DNA of 64,000 nt from contig CP064994.1 in NCBI GenBank assembly GCA_016699975.1, positions 711,828 through 775,827 on the forward strand, written 5' to 3'. Below are positions 59,620-64,000 of the stretch, one piece after another (position 1 is the stretch's first letter; every line of letters begins with the position of its first letter). Below the pieces are notes generated by a model. It was given only the letters and a program-made list of their open reading frames with translations, did not search any database and was not told the origin of the DNA. Both the position numbers and the translations under genes were made by a program. Origin of the DNA: Candidatus Moraniibacteriota bacterium. GTDB lineage: Bacteria; Patescibacteriota; Minisyncoccia; Moranbacterales; UBA1568.

Positions 59620-60222
59620 TTAGCGCCGAAGTCCTGCCACAAAACGCTTCAATTCCGGCACTTTATTCACGATTTCACGAACCGGATTTTCCAAAAACTC
59701 AAGAAGAAACCGGTCCATCATATTAAGCCGGTACTGAAGCTCTTCACCGTTCATGATAACGAATCGAATTTCTCGACCGATCTCTGCTTCGATATAGCCG
59801 ATTGCCGACTTGAGTTTCGCTCGACTCGGATTATTCACAACCAGAATCATGTCCGCCTTACTTTTGTGATGATTCAGAAAAATTCCCGACACCAAGAGAA
59901 GCCGCACATCGCCGATCGCCTGGATTTTTTTAAATAAAACCTCGTAGACGCTCGAATCAGGACGAACAAAGAGCGTTCGAAGTTCCGAAAAAAACGGAAA
60001 GGTTGGGTTCACGGAAAAAAGAGACTTCCCTGCTTTTGTTCTTTCAGTGAGAAGCTTAATTTTGACAAGTTGGCGCGCTTCGCGCAGAAGATGGCTGCGC
60101 AGAAGAATCGCCTTTTCGGCGATTTCTTCGGTCGTAAAGCTTTTCTCTGGATTTAAGATAAACAACCGAAGGAGGCGCGCGCGCGTCTTCGATCCGAACA
60201 ACGTTTCAAACACATCTGACAT
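59620..60222 (-). CDS. hypothetical protein with an N-terminal winged-helix (ArsR-like) domain
   Basis: 200 aa. FGSKTRARLLRLFILNPEKSFTTEEIAEKA resembles a wHTH. The remainder is unassigned. Confidence 0.5.
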   Translation of the reverse strand: MSDVFETLFGSKTRARLLRLFILNPEKSFTTEEIAEKAILLRSHLLREARQLVKIKLLTERTKAGKSLFSVNPTFPFFSELRTLFVRPDSSVYEVLFKKIQAIGDVRLLLVSGIFLNHHKSKADMILVVNNPSRAKLKSAIGYIEAEIGREIRFVIMNGEELQYRLNMMDRFLLEFLENPVREIVNKVPELKRFVAGLRR

Positions 60223-60322
60223 ACGGAAAAGAAAAATGGCGAATCCTCCGCGTTTCGATTATACGAACCGTCCCGCCGAAAGTCAAAGAAAGGGACTCGC
60301 TATGATATAATACAAGGCGTTT

Positions 60323-62814
60323 ATGGCACGAAAACAGACCCCGCCTCCCGCTTCCGAAAAAATAACGGCGACGGCAAACGAGATATTCGTTGCAAAGAGC
60401 GGATTTTTGAAGCCGTACGCAACCGGCTTTCAGTATCTTCCCGACAATATTGCTCGGGAGCCTTTGGGTATGCTCGCGGGCGCCCTCGCGATCGACGATC
60501 GAAGTGAAACGTCGGGATATATCGTCAACTTTCTCGCCTCCCTCGCCAAAAAAGAGTACTATCTGAATCCTCGTCGCCCCGCGATCGAGAGTTTTGAAGC
60601 AGCTCTCCACAAAGTAAACCTGGGGCTCTCGGAGCTCGCAAAAGAAGGAAACACCGAATGGATCGGGACCTTGAACGCTGCTGTGTGTGCGGTCGAACGC
60701 AATAATTTACATTTTTCTGTAGCGGGCAAAGCGAAAGTACTCCTCCTGCGAGACCGACGCCTCTCTGTCATTAGCGACGGACTCGTCGAAACGGGAGAAT
60801 ATCATCCCATGAAAACATTCACCGATGTAGCAAGTGGGAAAATCTGTGCAGGCGATCGCATTCTCATTACAACACCAGAACTTTTTCCGCCATTTCCGAA
60901 CCCGAACTCGAGCGCTCGGCGGCTCGTCTCGACCGCGAGGGATTGGAACGATTCCTTGAAACCGCTGTCGTGAATCGTCTCGACCTCTCAGCAAGCGTCC
61001 TCATCGACATCCAGGCGATCGCCGAGTACGCGCGCCCAGCGGCGCCAAAGCGACCCCTTGCCTCTCCATCATCCGTTCCGAATGCCTGGAGCCTCACGGC
61101 TTTCGAATTTTCGAAACAAACCGGGATGAGTGTGGAAGCAGGCCTTGAGGCACGAGAAGAAGCTGAACGAGAAAAAGAACGCATCGACGAAAAAACCGGG
61201 CACATCTATATCACAGGGGACAGCATAGAAGAGCCTCGTCGCGAAGAATGGGAACGGGTTCGCCTCATCTCCGAAGAGTGGAAAGAGCGTTTGGGAGCGA
61301 TCTTTCGCCGCGGCATGCGAAGCATGCGCGAATATGTTGCCACTCGAAAGAAGCGCCGAGAAGAGCGTCTCTCCCTCCCTTCTCCTCAAGAGGTGACTTC
61401 CGAAGCAGTGCAGATACACACGCGAGAAACCTCCCCGAAAGAAGCAACAATGCACCCTTCCGAAACTTTCCCAACAGAAAAGAGTGAGAAAATCTTTCCT
61501 CCTCTTGAGGAAGAATCACTTGAGAGCGAGAGCGCTCCAGAAAGAGATGTAGTCGAAAAGAGAGCTGAAGTTTCAATTGACTCTGCCATCCTCCCACCGG
61601 AACATTCCGCCAACAACACTATTTCTTTTTTGAAATATTTTGCAAAACCATTTTTTGGCGCCTTGGTCAGCAATCTCTCCAAACACTCGCGGACAGTCGC
61701 ACACAGTGTTCCGCGCTTCTTCTCAAGAAAAACAGTTCACGTTCCTGTCCGTGAAGAGACTCCTTCAACCCTTTCCTCGCTGTTTCGACCGCTCTTTTTT
61801 TTCTTCCCAAGACTCGAGAAGGAAGCCAAGCGCGCTTGGAACTTTTGGAACCTACTTTCTCCAACAAAGCGTCGTCTTCTCCAAGGAATCATGCTTCTCA
61901 CACTCTTCGCAATCATAGGTTTCGTCATATTCCTTCTTACCAAAGATGCTCCCCCTTTGCCCGAAGAACCATCCTCTTTGAAAGAGAATCCCGCCTCTCC
62001 TTCGCCGCTCACGACTGAAAAAAATATTCGCTTCCTCAAAAATCCAACCACTCTCTTTGAGGGAGAAAGAATCCTTTCCATTGTACGACTCAAAGAATTT
62101 CGCCTCGTCATTACCGAGACGGCACTCTTTCGCCTCGGCGAACCCGGGAGTACTGCAGAAAAAGTGCCGTATCCCGAGGGCCGAGAAGCGAAAAAAGGGG
62201 TCGCCATGCTGGACTTAAATGCACTCATCCTCCTCATGAAAGACGGCACCATTCGTTTTTATACGCCTGTCAACAATCGATTTGCAAATGAGTCGTTTTC
62301 GCTCCCCAATTCTTCCGGAACTGCTGCCCTCGGCGCCTATATGACCTATTTATATGTCGCGAATTTCGAACAAAATTCGATAACGCGTCTCCCGCGCTCC
62401 GAAGGCGGATTCGCCAGCGGGGTGTCGTGGCTCAAGGAGCCAGTTGAGATTGACGAGCAGACTTCGCTCGCTCTCGGCGAATTCCTCTACCTCGCTCATC
62501 CAAGCGACATACGCGTCTACTCCCGTGGAACGCTCCAGAATATCTCCTTCGAAAAACCAGCACTTGTGCCAGACATCACCGCGCTTTCCCTTCCTGATCT
62601 CGAATCAACCTCTTTGTTTGCCCTCGACCAAAAAGAGGGGCGCATCTTTGAGTATCGCAAGGATACTGGCGCCATCCTCGCGCAGTACGCCCATGAATCC
62701 CTGAAGGGTGGAAAAAATTTCACCGTCGACACAAAGAACCGAAATGCGCTCGTGAATACCGAGACGCATGTTTTCTCTTTCTCTCTCGACGAACACTCTC
62801 TCCTCTCTCATTGA
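60323..62814 (+). CDS. large hypothetical membrane protein (possible PP2C/SpoIIE-like N-terminal domain), frame broken at a T5 run
   Basis: The fragments 60323-60973 and 60943-62814 join at 60882-60886. Adding one T gives ...ITTPELFSAISEPELERSAARLDREGLERFLE. The segment GTLNAAVCAVERNNLHFSVAGKAKVLLLRD is PPM-like. There is a central TM helix (LLQGIMLLTLFAIIGFVIFLL). Confidence 0.55.
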
Positions 62815-62909
62815 CACATGAGCGCAAAAAAAGAAAACTCAAAAAAATGATGGATGCGCGTGAACGATTCTCGATGAGTGAATAATCTGGTGTATTTTCA
62901 TTTCCTTCT

Positions 62910-64000
62910 ATGATTTTTCTTCACAACACTCTTACCCGCACGAAAGAACCCTTTGCATCGATTCGGGAAAACCGAGTGAGTCTCTACACCTGTGGCCCCA
63001 CCGTCTACGATTATGCGCATATCGGAAATCTCCGTGCCTACGTCTTTGCCGATACGTTGCGAAGAACCCTCGAGCAAAATGGGTTCGAGGTCATGATGAT
63101 CAAAAATATAACGGACGTCGGTCACCTCACAGCGGACGATCTCGCTCAAGGCGACACCGGTGAAGACAAGGTCGAAAAAAGAGCGCGCGCCGAAGGAAAA
63201 ACTCCCGAGGAAATCGCCCGATTCTATGAAGCCTACTTCCATGAAGCAGAGAAGAAAATGAATATCCTCCCCGCGCATGCTTTCCCTCGCGCTACCGAGC
63301 ACATCAGAGACATGATACGCCTCATCGAAATCCTCATTGAGAAAAATCATGCCTACGAAAAAAACGGAAACGTGTTCCTCGATGTGACGTCTTTCCCAAA
63401 ATATGGGATGCTCTCTGGAAACACCCTGGAGCACCTGAAAACCGGTGCGCGCCTCGAAGAGCACCCCGACAAACGTCACGCATGGGATTTTGCGCTCTGG
63501 CTCAAGAGTCCCGCGGGACACATGATGCACTGGAGTTCGCCCTGGAGCGAAGGGTATCCCGGCTGGCATATCGAATGCTCCGCCATGAGTATGAGATATC
63601 TCGGCGAAACCATGGATATTCATACGGGCGGCGAAGACCATATTTTTCCTCATCACGAAGCAGAGATCGTACAATCCGAAGGCGCAACGAACAAACCCTT
63701 CGTCCACTCCTGGATGCACGTACGTCACCTGCTCGTAGATGGCCGAAAAATGTCGAAATCGAAAGGAAATTTTTATACGCTCGAAGATATTGAGTCGCAC
63801 CATTTTTCCCCAATGGATCTTCGACTCGCTTTTCTCTCGGCTCACTATCGCTCGCCGATGAACTTTACGTGGGAAGCTCTTGAACAGGCGAAAAAAAATC
63901 GCCTTACCCTCATGCATGCGTACGAACGTCTCGCGAAGGAAGCGCTTGCTTCCACAGAAAATAAAGGGGATATTTCTTTGGAACATCGGGAGCTCGCGAA
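62910..64000 (+). CDS. cysS: cysteinyl-tRNA synthetase (5' partial, runs off the window)
   Basis: Open frame with no stop to the window end, so it is absent from the ORF track. Contains [20 protein letters not shown] (HIGH motif), GWHIECSAM and KMSKSKGN (KMSKS motif). Confidence 0.9.
   Translation, partial: MIFLHNTLTRTKEPFASIRENRVSLYTCGPTVYDYAHIGNLRAYVFADTLRRTLEQNGFEVMMIKNITDVGHLTADDLAQGDTGEDKVEKRARAEGKTPEEIARFYEAYFHEAEKKMNILPAHAFPRATEHIRDMIRLIEILIEKNHAYEKNGNVFLDVTSFPKYGMLSGNTLEHLKTGARLEEHPDKRHAWDFALWLKSPAGHMMHWSSPWSEGYPGWHIECSAMSMRYLGETMDIHTGGEDHIFPHHEAEIVQSEGATNKPFVHSWMHVRHLLVDGRKMSKSKGNFYTLEDIESHHFSPMDLRLAFLSAHYRSPMNFTWEALEQAKKNRLTLMHAYERLAKEALASTENKGDISLEHRELA

Noticed and set aside
62898-63986. 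362-aa minus-strand ORF, the only large ORF the track lists at the right end of the window
   Set aside because: It is the antisense shadow of cysS. The plus strand has an uninterrupted frame from ATG 62910 to the window end with HIGH (HIGN) and KMSKS motifs. The minus-strand product has no recognisable features.

Overview
Everything here was read by eye from the sequence and ORF track, with no searches run. Family names are motif-level recognitions, and coordinates of merged frameshifted genes are my reconstructions.

The window looks like a compact bacterial chromosome segment of streamlined, Patescibacteria/CPR-like character. That placement is an inference from a short ProRS, an archaeal-type UMP kinase, many small membrane or secreted hypotheticals, and 4-nt gene overlaps. 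The genetic code appears standard, because prfB keeps its UGA-dependent +1 frameshift site (CTT TGA C).

Core genes:
- a surface-glycan cluster (0.8-7.9 kb)
- pyrH-proS
- ftsE-ftsX and prfB
- tRNA-Gln(CUG) and tRNA-Thr(CGU)
- secA-hpf-murB-murC-murG-ftsW-trmD
- CIRCE-hrcA-grpE-hsp20-dnaK
- yidD and corA
- rpsP-rplJ-rplL
- two ABC systems
- rnhA, recJ, a response regulator, a WecA/MraY-family transferase, rmuC, and a 5' partial cysS

No rRNA genes, CRISPR arrays or intact transposases were seen.

Accessory content is an island of about 8 kb (10.2-18.1 kb) between proS and tRNA-Gln. It has two parts:
- (a) A five-gene nucleotide-centred cassette: GreA-like, Tmk-like kinase, MoaA/viperin-class radical SAM enzyme, CYTH enzyme, GreA-like. 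This is my top candidate for an undescribed system.
- (b) An AT-rich degraded integrative element carrying an Mrr-type nuclease, an excisionase-family HTH and a serine-recombinase remnant that reads into the tRNA.

Other notable points:
- 450-bp, roughly 98% identical inverted repeats lie 18.5 kb apart and encode a shared Cys-rich C-terminal domain of two secreted proteins.
- rplL is truncated and lacks its C-terminal domain.
- A 448-aa protein carries beta-carbonic-anhydrase-like zinc motifs.
- GrpE has a degenerate Nudix-like N-terminal domain.
- CorA has AMS in place of the GMN motif.
- At least 14 frameshifts occur, almost all at short homopolymers, including several in essential genes. 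Sequence error is the most likely cause, so I merged the fragments rather than calling pseudogenes.
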